Assembly (NCBI GenBank): GCA_017694655.1
Contig: JADIMQ010000003.1
Coordinates: 1,963-65,962 of the forward strand
Length of the DNA: 64,000 bases
Direction of reading: 5' to 3'
DNA from: Candidatus Cryptobacteroides merdigallinarum
Lineage (GTDB): Bacteria; Bacteroidota; Bacteroidia; Bacteroidales; UBA932
Positions within the stretch are counted from its first letter, which is position 1, and each line of letters starts with the position of its first letter. The translations under genes were made by a program, and so were the position numbers. This document shows, one piece after another, positions 20,696 through 30,869 of the stretch. The notes below the pieces were generated by a model. That model searched no databases. It was given only the letters and a program-made list of their open reading frames with translations, and had not been told where the DNA came from.

Positions 20696-22638
20696 TATTT
20701 CAAAGAGTTTGTGCCTTGTTGGTCATATCCCCTCATAGGCCAGCCGGCCTGTGCAATGTCAGATTTTATGTCATAGACGGCGACAGAGCCGTTAAGGCCA
20801 TAATAGACACGCCTGTCCGGACCTATGGAAACCGGGCTCATCGTCTGTGCGCCGATGTTGGTCACTACCGAACGTGTACCTGACTTGTCAAATGACAACA
20901 GGTTGAACGGAGATGCGTACTGTGAGATATAGGCTTTCCCATCGGCCCCTAATGCAAATCCGGAATATATGTAGTTCTTATCCGTTTCATCAGACCATAC
21001 AAGATTCCCGTTTCTGTCCACTGCAAACAGATAACCGCTCTTTTCGCAGAAATACACTGTGCCGTCAGCATCCACTACAGGATGGTAACAGTCATTTGAG
21101 GATGTCTTATACTGCCATAGCTGCATCCCGCTGGATGTATTCAATGCAACACAACCTCCCTTTCCTTTCAGCGCGGCATACAATACATCCCCTGCTATTG
21201 CCAGAGAGCCTCCGCGTTCGGTAACTGCGTATTCGGTTTCGCTTTTCCATTTGAGGGTACCGGTTTCGGTATAAGCCCAGATACCTTTTGATGTGCCGAT
21301 ATAAACAGTTCCATCAACGTCAACTGCTACTCCGCCGGCATTCCCGTCAAGTGTCGCACGCCATTTTTCTGCACCTGAGGCGGCATCGAATGCCACAAAA
21401 TTGCCCTTGTCGGCCAGTACATATACAGAACCGTCAGATGTGACGGCCGGACTTGCCTTGACCGCAGCTCCCAAAGTTGCTTTCCATTTCATGTTGCCGG
21501 ATGAAGACACGGCATAGAATGAACCGTCGCCATCTTCTGTCCCGAAATAGACTGTACCGTCAGGCCCCACAGCAGGACCGGCTCCGTATGTGGCAGCGGA
21601 TGTGGCGTACTCCCACAATGTTTCTCCGGTAATGGCACTTATCGCCAGCAGTTTCTTGTCCGTCTGCGATAATGTATAGAATGTCTGGCCATCATGCGAG
21701 AACACTATGTTGGACGCTTTCTGATAGCCTGTTCCGGTGATAGTCATCCACGCAAACGGTTCGACTGTTATTTCTATACCGGCAGTTTCCGTATTACCGG
21801 AATCGTAAGTTACGGACAATGAAACATTGTATGTCCCTGTCTCTGTATATATGTGCGATGCCGTCATGTCCGAGGAGGTGGCACCGTCTTTGAAATCCCA
21901 AAGAACTGATGTGATTTCTCCCTGTACAAAATAAGCCGGGTTATATTCAAACATACAGAGCTGGAACTGGCGCAGGGATGTCGATGTAACGGTAATAGGA
22001 TCTATCTCTCCCGGCACAGCTGTTGCCGACACGGAATCTGAATTCCCGTGCCCGTAAACACATGTCAAAGTAAAGGTATATTCCCTACCATTCTCAAGAC
22101 CTTCAACAAGACAGCTCGTCTTGTCAGAGAGCACTTCCTCCGTTTTTATTTCCGATCCTCCTGATGAAACGGATATGTTGTATCTATACTCCAGATCAGT
22201 TTCGGGAGCAGTCCACGAGAGAAATACACGCCCGTCACCAGCCATGGCCTTAAGCTCTGAAGCCGCAATACGCGTAGACTTTGGCGTACAGACTGCCGTG
22301 ACTTTCATTGAAAGACCGTCCGGGTATCTGGACTGCACAGCAAAGGTATAGGTGCAGTCATTGGTCAGGCCTTCAACAAGCAATTCATGGGAAGCCGGCT
22401 CCACAGTCTGTGAACCGCCGGCAATTTCCGGATCATCCGCCGTCCAGTTTACGAGGTATTCAAGAGGTTCCGGTTTGCCCTCCTGCGCAATCCACGAGAC
22501 AGTGGCGTACCCGTCTCCTGCCGTAGCAGTCACCTCAGAGACCTGGTAAAGATTAAATGAAGCCTCTTTAAGTTCTTCTGAGCAGGCCACGGCAAAAAAA
22601 GGCAAGACTGCAGAGAAGTATGATAATATTCTTTTCAT
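20695..22638 (-). CDS. Surface lipoprotein: 2x FN3 + PKD + PQQ-like beta-propeller (SusE-position binding protein)
   Basis: Lipobox AVAC; AGDG...VSW and GL.N...YTF FN3 repeats; WDFKDG...HIYT..GTY PKD; repeated DGTVYFG...KW blades. Confidence 0.8.
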   Translation of the reverse strand: MKRILSYFSAVLPFFAVACSEELKEASFNLYQVSEVTATAGDGYATVSWIAQEGKPEPLEYLVNWTADDPEIAGGSQTVEPASHELLVEGLTNDCTYTFAVQSRYPDGLSMKVTAVCTPKSTRIAASELKAMAGDGRVFLSWTAPETDLEYRYNISVSSGGSEIKTEEVLSDKTSCLVEGLENGREYTFTLTCVYGHGNSDSVSATAVPGEIDPITVTSTSLRQFQLCMFEYNPAYFVQGEITSVLWDFKDGATSSDMTASHIYTETGTYNVSLSVTYDSGNTETAGIEITVEPFAWMTITGTGYQKASNIVFSHDGQTFYTLSQTDKKLLAISAITGETLWEYATSAATYGAGPAVGPDGTVYFGTEDGDGSFYAVSSSGNMKWKATLGAAVKASPAVTSDGSVYVLADKGNFVAFDAASGAEKWRATLDGNAGGVAVDVDGTVYIGTSKGIWAYTETGTLKWKSETEYAVTERGGSLAIAGDVLYAALKGKGGCVALNTSSGMQLWQYKTSSNDCYHPVVDADGTVYFCEKSGYLFAVDRNGNLVWSDETDKNYIYSGFALGADGKAYISQYASPFNLLSFDKSGTRSVVTNIGAQTMSPVSIGPDRRVYYGLNGSVAVYDIKSDIAQAGWPMRGYDQQGTNSLK

Positions 22639-22660
22639 TTCCAATCGTTTTTATCAATAA

Positions 22661-24055
22661 TCAATATCCAGGGTTCTGCCATAGCAGAGCCTGATTGTTT
22701 ATTCTTTCCAGTTCTGTTGTCGGTATAGGATACAGAAGTTGATAGGTCTGTATAGAATGCCCTTCTGCGGCAGCAGCCTCTGCAGCATATCCCATACGGA
22801 CAAGGTCGAACCAGCGCTGTCCTTCGTACGGGAACTCTTTCTGCCGTTCAAGGCATACGGCCCTGCGGAAAGCATCCTGATCAGGGATGTCGGTTATATT
22901 CAAAGGATCCAGACCGGCACGGGTATGTACCTGATTCAAGGCCGACATGGCCGGAGAGTCCTGGTTCCCGTCATATCCGACTTCGTTCAAGGCTTCAGCA
23001 TACATAAGCAGCACATCAGCATAACGCATCAGTATCTGGTCATTCCCGTACTGGTTTGTCGTTGCATCCGGAGTGTCAAAGAACTTGCGCATGAGACACA
23101 GATTTACTCCCGGCACCTGGACATATTCTATGAGTGGCTTACGGGCGTCATTGTCATCGTACAGCGACTGAAGAATCTGTGTCTGGCCGGAATTATCATT
23201 AAGATTGGTGATAGAAAACCATGCTCCGTGTCCTTCCCCTACGACTGTCTTGTTGAAGCGGACGGCGAAAACGACCTCACTATTCATCTTATTGTCCACA
23301 TCAAAAACATCTGCAATATCGCCCAGCAGACTATACTGGCCTATCAGATCATCAAGTATGTCCACGGCATCCTGCGCATGACCGAACGTCAGATACACTT
23401 TCCCGAGCAACGCCTTCGCCGCACCCATTGTGGCTCGTCCTGCATCTTCATCCGCGTAGGAAACTGGCAGCATATCACCGTCAACTATTGTCTTCAGGTC
23501 GCCGGCAATAAGGTCATACATCTGCTGCACTGAACTTCTGCCTATCTGCAACGCCTCTGAAACCGTCACCACTTTTGTAGTTGTAGGTACGCCGCTCCAT
23601 AGACGGTACATATTAAAGTACGTATAGGCTCTGATAAATAGAGCTTCTCCCTTATATTGTGCCTTCAGCGTTTCATCAATATCCGCACCGTCTATACGGT
23701 CCAGTATCATGTTACAACGGTATACACCGTTGTTGAAATTAGCCCAAGCGTCTTCTATTATTCCGTTGGAAGGTGTTTCACGGAACTGGTCAATGTCATA
23801 TCTGTCCTGCGTACCGGCTGTCGGGGCACTGAGATACAGGTTATCACTCCGGTATTCGCACAGCTCCAGATAATAGTTGACCTGCCCCTGCAGCTTTGCA
23901 TAGCAGCCTTTGACTGCAACATCGAAATCCTCGGCAGTCTTGAAGGTATTGTCTACCGGTACTTCATAATTCGGACGCAGGTCAAAAAAGTCTTCACCGC
24001 ATGACGCCAGTAAAAACATTGCCGCCACCGGAAATATAAATCTTATCTTTTTCAT
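22661..24055 (-). CDS. susD: SusD/RagB-family lipoprotein
   Basis: LASC; GEALFIRAYTYF, RYADVLLMYAEALNE, ERQKEFPYEGQRWFDLVR, QNPGY. Confidence 0.95.
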   Translation of the reverse strand: MKKIRFIFPVAAMFLLASCGEDFFDLRPNYEVPVDNTFKTAEDFDVAVKGCYAKLQGQVNYYLELCEYRSDNLYLSAPTAGTQDRYDIDQFRETPSNGIIEDAWANFNNGVYRCNMILDRIDGADIDETLKAQYKGEALFIRAYTYFNMYRLWSGVPTTTKVVTVSEALQIGRSSVQQMYDLIAGDLKTIVDGDMLPVSYADEDAGRATMGAAKALLGKVYLTFGHAQDAVDILDDLIGQYSLLGDIADVFDVDNKMNSEVVFAVRFNKTVVGEGHGAWFSITNLNDNSGQTQILQSLYDDNDARKPLIEYVQVPGVNLCLMRKFFDTPDATTNQYGNDQILMRYADVLLMYAEALNEVGYDGNQDSPAMSALNQVHTRAGLDPLNITDIPDQDAFRRAVCLERQKEFPYEGQRWFDLVRMGYAAEAAAAEGHSIQTYQLLYPIPTTELERINNQALLWQNPGY

Positions 24056-24067
24056 TATCTGTCTCCT

Positions 24068-27000
24068 TTAGAATGTGATATTCAGTCCGACCATATATGT
24101 CCGTGCCAACGGATAAGTACCGTAGTCTTCCCCAGGCGTAAGGGCACTTGTACTGCCGCTTACCTCCGGATTATAGCCGGAATATTCTGTCCATGTAAAC
24201 AGGTTCTGCGCAGAAAGGTACACGCGCAGTTTCTGCACAGAGAATTTCTTTGTCCATTTCTGCGGCAGAGTATATCCTATGGCAATGTTCTGCAATCTCA
24301 GATAAGAACCGTCTTCTATGTGCCAAGTGGATGTACGTGAATTGTTCCCGGTCTGTTTACGGTTGGCCCTGTTCGTGTTTCCGTCCCCTATATCGGAAGG
24401 GCTTTTCCAGCGGTAGAAGGCAGCTGTTGTTCCATTCGTATTGCCTTCCATATTGTCCAGATAACGTCTGTTAAGATTCAGAATCTCATTGCCGTAAACA
24501 CCTTGGAATGCTATCGCAAAGTCCAGTCCCTTGTAGGCAAACGTACCTCCGAATCCGTATGTGAAATCAGGCATGTAGTTGCCGACAATCGTACGGTCTT
24601 TTTCAAGGTCTATTTCACCGTCACCGTCTATGTCCACAAAACGGAAATCTCCCGGCCGGGCATTTGACACGTGAGGATAAGCCATCAGGTCCTCCTCATT
24701 ACGGAATATGCCGTCCTGTACCAGAAGATAGTACGACCCAATCGGCTCACCCACCTGTGTGATGTAGTAGGCATGGTCGACGCTTCCGGATTCGATTATC
24801 GGGGCGTCATTCGCACCAAGAGCCTTGACCTCATTGGTGTTTTTCGCCCAGTTGGCATTGAAGGAATAACTTATGCCGTTAGCGAACGAGTGTGCGGAAG
24901 TCGCTGATATTTCCCAACCTCTATTGTTGACCTTTCCTATATTCATCAGAGTCGTACTGTAACCGGTCAGGTGAGGGATCGGCACTTCGAGCAGCATATC
25001 TGTGGTATTCGCATAATAGTATTCAGCTGTAAGGCCTAAATAACCGTTCAGGACGCTCAGGTCAAGACCCACATTGAACATACTCGTCTTCTCCCATGTA
25101 AGATCTGGATTGGCGACATCGGAAGGCCTGTAACCGTTTACAAGCGAGCCGCTGCCTGTGCCAAGTATATAATCATCAGTACTCATTGTCGCGAGGTGGC
25201 GATAATTCCCGATCTGGAAGTTGCCTGTCTGTCCATAACTGGCCCTTAATTTCAGATCGCTCACCCAGGAAAGTGCCGGAGCCTCACTAAAGAACGGCTC
25301 TCCGGAAATACGCCAGGCTGCAGATGCTGACGGGAAGAACCCCCACCGGTTATTCTTTCCGAAACGGGAGGATCCATCCGCGCGTATCGCTGCAGAGAAC
25401 ATGTATTTGCTTTTATAGCTGTACTGTGCGCGGACAAGATATGATGCGAGAGTCCACTGCTCTGTCCTTGAATCACCGTCACTGACTATGCCTCCCCCGA
25501 TGGTCTGGTTATGGTCGTTCGGGTAGTCCGTTGCCGTCACATTCAAGGTCTTGTATGTCTCTTTCTGTGCCGACTGCACGAGAACGGCATTGATTTTATG
25601 GTCTCCGAATTTACGGTCGTATGTAAACTGGTTCTCGACTATCCAGTTGAAATAGAAACCAGCAGATGAATATCCTTCCGGGTTGGATTTAGCATCGTAA
25701 TAATCCTTGCCAAGAAGCGGAAGTTCTGATGAACGGTATCTGTTGTCAATCGCACCGTAGAATGAACCACCCACCGATGTCTGGAAAGATAGTCCTTTCC
25801 ATAGATCAAGTCCTATAAAAGCCCGTCCTGTCATCGCTATACGGTCAATCACTTCTGATTGGAGCGTGGCAAGAGCTACAGGATTAAGGACTTCGTTATG
25901 CTGGTAGTCGTTGCCTATGCGCCAGTAACCGTTACCCTGAAAGTTAAATGTCCCGTCAGGATTGTATATCGGCCAAATCGGGCAGGAAGTCAATGCCGAC
26001 TGCACTATCCCTCCGGATCCGTATGATCCTGAAGCATTGACTTTGTTGGATTTTGAATATGACGGAGAGAAATTTACACCATACTTGAACCTTTTCCATT
26101 TGCCGTCAAGGTTAAGCCTGAATGAGTATTTTTCGAAATCGGAATTGATGATTATGCCTTCTTTGTAATAATAGTTTCCTGAAATGAAAAAATTCACATT
26201 CTCCCCGCTTCTGGATATTGAAACATTATGGCTGGTCGTTGATGCCGTACGGAAAATTGCATCTTGCCAGTCTGTATCCGTAAGACCTGGTTCTCCATTG
26301 AGGTATGGGATGAGTTCTACAGGATAGTTCATGAATGATTCCGGACGGTCCCCGTTAGGCGCTGTCCCTCCCGGATTGAGATCAAGATATGCCGCATCAT
26401 GCGCTTCTTTTGATACCTGGGCATACTGGTAAGCGTTCATCAGATCTATCTTCTTCGACACCTGTTCTACTCCATAATATCCGTCATATGAAACCTGGAG
26501 ATTTTCGGATACACCCTTTTTAGTCGTTATCAATATTACACCGTTTGATCCTCTGGAGCCATATATTGCAGCAGATGAAGCGTCCTTCAATACTTCCATT
26601 GATTCTATATCGTTGGAATTAAGATTGTTGAGTCCGTTTTCCATAGGCACGCCATCTACGATATATAGCGGGTCATTACCTGCTGTGGCAGAACTGATTC
26701 CTCTGACGCGTACCATCACGCTCCCTTCTGGATCTCCGCTTGTCTGCATCACCTGTACTCCCGGCATTTTTCCTGCCATGGACTGTCTGAAATCTGATAT
26801 TGGCTGGTTGGCTATATCCTCGGACTTTATTGAAGAAATGGCCGTGGAAAGATCACGTTTGTTGACAACTCCATAGCCGATTGCAACGGCGCTTTCGAGG
26901 ACTATTGAATCATCTTTGAGGTTGATATTGAAAGACGATCTGTTGCCGACGGCAACTTCCTGTGTCTTATATCCGATACTTGAAAAAGCAAGAATATTGT

Positions 27001-27466
27001 CAGGGGTGGCTTTTATGCTGAATTTACCGTCCAGGTCAGTAGTTGTACCATTTGTTGTGCCCTTCACAATTACCGCAACCCCAGGGACCGGTTGCCCCGA
27101 GGAGTCCAGGACTGTTCCACTGATAACTGACGCTTCAGGACCATCCACTATAATGATGGTAGTACCTTCTATTGTGTACCTGATATTCAACGGTACAAAA
27201 AGAAGTTCGCATACTTCCTCCACTTTTGCGTCTACTGCATGGATACTTGTAATCCTGTTTACATCTACACCTTTATTGACAAACAGATATCTGGACTGCT
27301 CCTTGATGGACTCCATTATCTGTGATAAAGATGCATCCTTAAAATCCAGGGACAGGAGTCCGTCCCTTTGTGGCTCCGCATTTAACTGATGGACGCATAT
27401 CACAGATATGGCCACCACAGAGAGCAATCTACAGAAAAAATGTAGAATACCTTCTTTTTTATACAT
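24068..27466 (-). CDS. susC: SusC/RagA TonB-dependent transducer with N-terminal signalling (STN) extension
   Basis: LSLDFKDASL..I..QS.Y.F extension; GTTTDLDG, PLYIVDG, LKDASSAAIYGSRGSNGVILITTKKG; ends GLNITF. Confidence 0.95.
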   Translation of the reverse strand: MYKKEGILHFFCRLLSVVAISVICVHQLNAEPQRDGLLSLDFKDASLSQIMESIKEQSRYLFVNKGVDVNRITSIHAVDAKVEEVCELLFVPLNIRYTIEGTTIIIVDGPEASVISGTVLDSSGQPVPGVAVIVKGTTNGTTTDLDGKFSIKATPDNILAFSSIGYKTQEVAVGNRSSFNINLKDDSIVLESAVAIGYGVVNKRDLSTAISSIKSEDIANQPISDFRQSMAGKMPGVQVMQTSGDPEGSVMVRVRGISSATAGNDPLYIVDGVPMENGLNNLNSNDIESMEVLKDASSAAIYGSRGSNGVILITTKKGVSENLQVSYDGYYGVEQVSKKIDLMNAYQYAQVSKEAHDAAYLDLNPGGTAPNGDRPESFMNYPVELIPYLNGEPGLTDTDWQDAIFRTASTTSHNVSISRSGENVNFFISGNYYYKEGIIINSDFEKYSFRLNLDGKWKRFKYGVNFSPSYSKSNKVNASGSYGSGGIVQSALTSCPIWPIYNPDGTFNFQGNGYWRIGNDYQHNEVLNPVALATLQSEVIDRIAMTGRAFIGLDLWKGLSFQTSVGGSFYGAIDNRYRSSELPLLGKDYYDAKSNPEGYSSAGFYFNWIVENQFTYDRKFGDHKINAVLVQSAQKETYKTLNVTATDYPNDHNQTIGGGIVSDGDSRTEQWTLASYLVRAQYSYKSKYMFSAAIRADGSSRFGKNNRWGFFPSASAAWRISGEPFFSEAPALSWVSDLKLRASYGQTGNFQIGNYRHLATMSTDDYILGTGSGSLVNGYRPSDVANPDLTWEKTSMFNVGLDLSVLNGYLGLTAEYYYANTTDMLLEVPIPHLTGYSTTLMNIGKVNNRGWEISATSAHSFANGISYSFNANWAKNTNEVKALGANDAPIIESGSVDHAYYITQVGEPIGSYYLLVQDGIFRNEEDLMAYPHVSNARPGDFRFVDIDGDGEIDLEKDRTIVGNYMPDFTYGFGGTFAYKGLDFAIAFQGVYGNEILNLNRRYLDNMEGNTNGTTAAFYRWKSPSDIGDGNTNRANRKQTGNNSRTSTWHIEDGSYLRLQNIAIGYTLPQKWTKKFSVQKLRVYLSAQNLFTWTEYSGYNPEVSGSTSALTPGEDYGTYPLARTYMVGLNITF

Positions 27467-27557
27467 AAATTTGTAGGATTAATTGGTAATAAGTCTGATA
27501 GTGTTTTTATCGGTTGTTACCGGCCTGCAGATGTCGCCATCATCTGCAGGCTTTTTT
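27466..27557 (+). ncRNA. Candidate cis-antisense sRNA opposite the susC leader (promoter element to terminator)
   Basis: TAAATTTG (-7 consensus) at 27466-27473 overlapping the susC start codon; GCCTGCAGATG/CATCTGCAGGC hairpin plus T-run on + strand at 27523-27557. Confidence 0.55.
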
Positions 27558-27629
27558 ATAACCGGTGCAGAAATTTTCCTTATGTCATATTTATATGTGT
27601 TTTAGTGTCATACATCATTTTTATTGTAG

Positions 27630-28580
27630 TCACCTGATATGGATCGTTCCGGAACTCAGGTCCTTTTCATAATCGAATTCAGCAACATGTTGCAAGACTC
27701 TGAGAGCATTGTCGATACCGTCAGAAATCCGTATTTCTCCGCTTGTACAGTTTATTTCCGGAATATCATGTCTATCGATTACAATATGGACATCAAAAGC
27801 ATTTTCAAGCCTTTCCATCAAGGCGTCAAATGTTATTCCCGAAATGTTTATAAGACCTTCAGTCCAATAGAGCGTCTGTGAATCCAACCTGTCCTCCACC
27901 ACAAAACTCCCGTTTACTAGTTTGACTGTCTGATTCGGTGAAAGTATATAGCTGTCTTCCACATTGGATGTACTTGACACCTGTACTATACCGCTTACCA
28001 GTGAGGTCGAGAATATATTGCACTCTTTTTCCGCATGCACATTGAATTCCGTTCCGAGAACCTTTACATTTGCCGCAAATGTCTCCACTGTAAACGGATG
28101 CTCAGGGTCATGGTTAACATGAAACATTGCCTCGCCATCAAGTCCCACTTTACGCTCTTTCCCATAAAAGACAGGCGGATATACCAACTTCGCTCCTGAG
28201 TTAAGATCAATTGATGTCCCGTCGCTTAAGGTTAATGTCATCATTTTGCCAGCTGGCACTTCTATTGTAAGAAGTCTTTCTGAAATGTTTTTTCTGCTAT
28301 AGTGTCCTGTTATCAGCACTGCAGCTGAGATTGCGGCGGCAGCCGAAACCGTAGCCACGAGATACCTCCACCATCTCGTTTTCCGAGTCCGGCTTCGTGC
28401 GGGCATCCTGAGTTTTTCGGGGTCAGTCGACATAAGGATGCTTTCATAAATAAAATGCGCATCCCGGAAAGCTTTCCTATTCTCTTCCGACTGCTCAAGC
28501 CATCTGCTTATTTCATCTATTTCCTTCTCAGAGCACAGGCCCTGCATATATTTCATCAGAGTAGTGTCATCTATTGTCAT
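27630..28580 (-). CDS. FecR-family anti-sigma factor
   Basis: One TM helix; LSDGTSIDLNSGAKL.YP..F...R.V.LDGEA.F.V, VKVLGTEFNV. Confidence 0.9.
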   Translation of the reverse strand: MTIDDTTLMKYMQGLCSEKEIDEISRWLEQSEENRKAFRDAHFIYESILMSTDPEKLRMPARSRTRKTRWWRYLVATVSAAAAISAAVLITGHYSRKNISERLLTIEVPAGKMMTLTLSDGTSIDLNSGAKLVYPPVFYGKERKVGLDGEAMFHVNHDPEHPFTVETFAANVKVLGTEFNVHAEKECNIFSTSLVSGIVQVSSTSNVEDSYILSPNQTVKLVNGSFVVEDRLDSQTLYWTEGLINISGITFDALMERLENAFDVHIVIDRHDIPEINCTSGEIRISDGIDNALRVLQHVAEFDYEKDLSSGTIHIR

Positions 28581-28708
28581 AGGCGCATTATTTCTGCATT
28601 ACATAATATAAGACAATTAAGAAGTCCGTATTTACAAAAATTTCATAGTTTTTTTTCAAAATCATTAATAAGAATATGTAATTTTGGCGTCATCAATCGA
28701 ATTTTGAA

Positions 28709-29287
28709 ATGGTTCGGAATAAATCAAGACATTTTTGGGACGCGGTCGAAACACTGTACAGGCAGCGAGGATGGCTTGTATTGCTCGCAAACTCTTATAT
28801 ACAGAATGTAGATGAATCTGAAGACATCGTCAATGACAGTTTCATCTCTCTGCTTGAAAATGTCAATAAGCTTGAAGACAATGTACTGAAATCATATCTC
28901 GCAAGCACTGTCAAGAATAAATGTCTGAATTGGCTGAAACGGCGTAATTTAGAACAGACAATCTTCAACAATATGAAAATAAGGGCCATTGATGCCCAGA
29001 ATATAAGTGTCCTGGAAAATGACAAGATGGGATTCAACCTATTCCGCAGGGAAGTGATTGACATTTGCCATGACAGTCTTCAAATGGCAGGAAAATTATC
29101 CTCCGATATATTTATAGACAGGTTGAATGGGCTGAGCCATAAAGAAATTGCAGAAAAATACAATCTAACTCACAGGCAGGTTTCTTATGAAATCACAAAA
29201 ATTTTATCTATATTAAAATCTGCACTAAAGGATTATTTACCTGTATTCATAACACTTGCATTTCTTCAAAATGTCTATAAAATATGA
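28709..29287 (+). CDS. ECF sigma-70 factor (Bacteroides expansion type)
   Basis: EDIVNDSF, YL..TVKNKCLNWLK, GLSHKEIAE; divergent from FecR; TAATTTTG -7 element at 28679. Confidence 0.85.
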   Translation: MVRNKSRHFWDAVETLYRQRGWLVLLANSYIQNVDESEDIVNDSFISLLENVNKLEDNVLKSYLASTVKNKCLNWLKRRNLEQTIFNNMKIRAIDAQNISVLENDKMGFNLFRREVIDICHDSLQMAGKLSSDIFIDRLNGLSHKEIAEKYNLTHRQVSYEITKILSILKSALKDYLPVFITLAFLQNVYKI

Positions 29288-29460
29288 ATTTCAATTAAAT
29301 ATTCTTTCGGTTCTTCCGCCCGTTTCTTGAACATTTTACTTTTATTTGCTAATAAGGTCATGGCCAGTGCTTCAATCAGTATGTCCAAATTTAGTCCTTT
29401 CCCCCATTTTTAGTATTACTTTTTCTGATCTATAGTTTCAAATTCTATTTGTATACATTA

Positions 29461-29487
29461 AGGCAGTCATTTGCAGTATGACTGCCT
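29461..29487. terminator. Hairpin between the convergent sigma and YqaJ genes
   Basis: Perfect 10-bp inverted repeat AGGCAGTCAT / ATGACTGCCT. Confidence 0.5.
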
Positions 29488-29777
29488 CATTATTCTTTAA
29501 CTTGAATCACATATATAAGATTGATCAATAAAAAGATATGTTAAGTGTAGTCTGCAATATCAATAATATGTATTCAAACAACAAATTCTGCCAAATCTAT
29601 AATGACATGGAATCAACATACAGAAATTTTCCTACTGTTGCATCGCCATGGTACTTCTTCTGCAAAAGCAGCAGAAAAAGTAAGAGCAGCATTTGGAACA
29701 TGGAGCGGACTGACGAAATTCTCAGACCAAAACATTAATGACAAAGCGATTGCGAACAAGACTCATCCGGAACATCT

Positions 29778-30821
29778 TCACTTCACCATGAACTTCCTGG
29801 CGGACGCCACCCTCGACGAGTATCTGGAATAGAGTTCCTTTTCATCCCTTGCAAGGGCCTTCCTGTCTAATGCTGCCTCAGACACGGTGCTGTACCTGGT
29901 CCACAGTTCAGGATTGTCTGCCTTGAACCTTTCCTCGTCAAAGACCTCCTTTGAAGTGTTCTTCCATGTCGCAAGAAGGGAAATCTCTCCTGTCTCCCTG
30001 TCCGTATACGTAAGCGACTCGCAATCGCCGATAGCCATCTTTATGGCATCGGAAAGGACTTCCTCATGCTCCTGCAGCGCTCTTATCCGGCTGCGGCAGT
30101 CCTTGAGCGATCTCCACGACCTGAATATCTCATCAGACGCCTCGGCCGCGCTGCCGTTCCTCGCAACGGGACTGCAGCGCAGGGTGTCTTCCGCATTGAT
30201 GGCCGCCGGAGGTACGCCTCCGAGTATGTTCTCATTCCAGAACTTATCTATACGGCTTACCAGAGAGGCGAAGAAAGGGCCGTTGAACTCCACTTCAAGA
30301 TAGTCGAAATGCAGCGTCGGGGCCCCCGTAATCCAGCACAGGCAGCCGCGCTCAAGACCCATGATCCCCATCTGGTACTGTATCTGGCAATACCAGTAGT
30401 CCGGTATGTTCTCCTTGTCCACGATCTTCGACGTGGACTTTATCTCAAGTATCCTGGCGTATTCATAGGTCTGCCTCTCCGCAGGGGTGCCCCTGTCCCA
30501 GTAGAGCCTGTCCGGGCTTACCCTGAGGTACGGCCTGTCGTCATCAACCGCCATCCAGTCGCCCTCGGATGTTATGTCAACGATGTTCCCTGTCCTTGCG
30601 GAGAACCACTCGGCCACGGCGGGCTCCAGTATGTGCCCGTTGAACATGGCATCGCTCTCCCGGACAGGCTCCGCCTTCCCGGTCTTCTGCAGATACAGCC
30701 CGTACGGCGTCTGGAAAGGGCTTGCGCCCATTATGGTCCCGGCATCTGATGAACCTATGCCCTTCTTCCTCTCTTCCAGCCACTTCTCGTGAGTCGCCGG
30801 CCTCAATATCGTATAACTCAT
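29778..30821 (-). CDS. YqaJ-like viral recombinase / lambda-exonuclease family nuclease
   Basis: WLEERKKGIGSSD..IMG.SPF.TP, GHILEP.VA, VSPDR, LEIKST, P.YWYCQIQYQM. Confidence 0.9.
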   Translation of the reverse strand: MSYTILRPATHEKWLEERKKGIGSSDAGTIMGASPFQTPYGLYLQKTGKAEPVRESDAMFNGHILEPAVAEWFSARTGNIVDITSEGDWMAVDDDRPYLRVSPDRLYWDRGTPAERQTYEYARILEIKSTSKIVDKENIPDYWYCQIQYQMGIMGLERGCLCWITGAPTLHFDYLEVEFNGPFFASLVSRIDKFWNENILGGVPPAAINAEDTLRCSPVARNGSAAEASDEIFRSWRSLKDCRSRIRALQEHEEVLSDAIKMAIGDCESLTYTDRETGEISLLATWKNTSKEVFDEERFKADNPELWTRYSTVSEAALDRKALARDEKELYSRYSSRVASARKFMVK

Positions 30822-30869
30822 GACTGTTCCTCCACTTTTCCTTGACAAACAATTAGATGCAGGAAGGGC

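Larger units (their letters stand above)
10700..29770. other. AT-richer cargo island (phosphodiester-utilisation SusCD locus) adjacent to the ICE backbone
   Basis: Visibly lower GC than flanks, with very AT-rich spacers at 10.7-11.2 kb and 29.3-29.7 kb; boundaries approximate. Confidence 0.55.
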
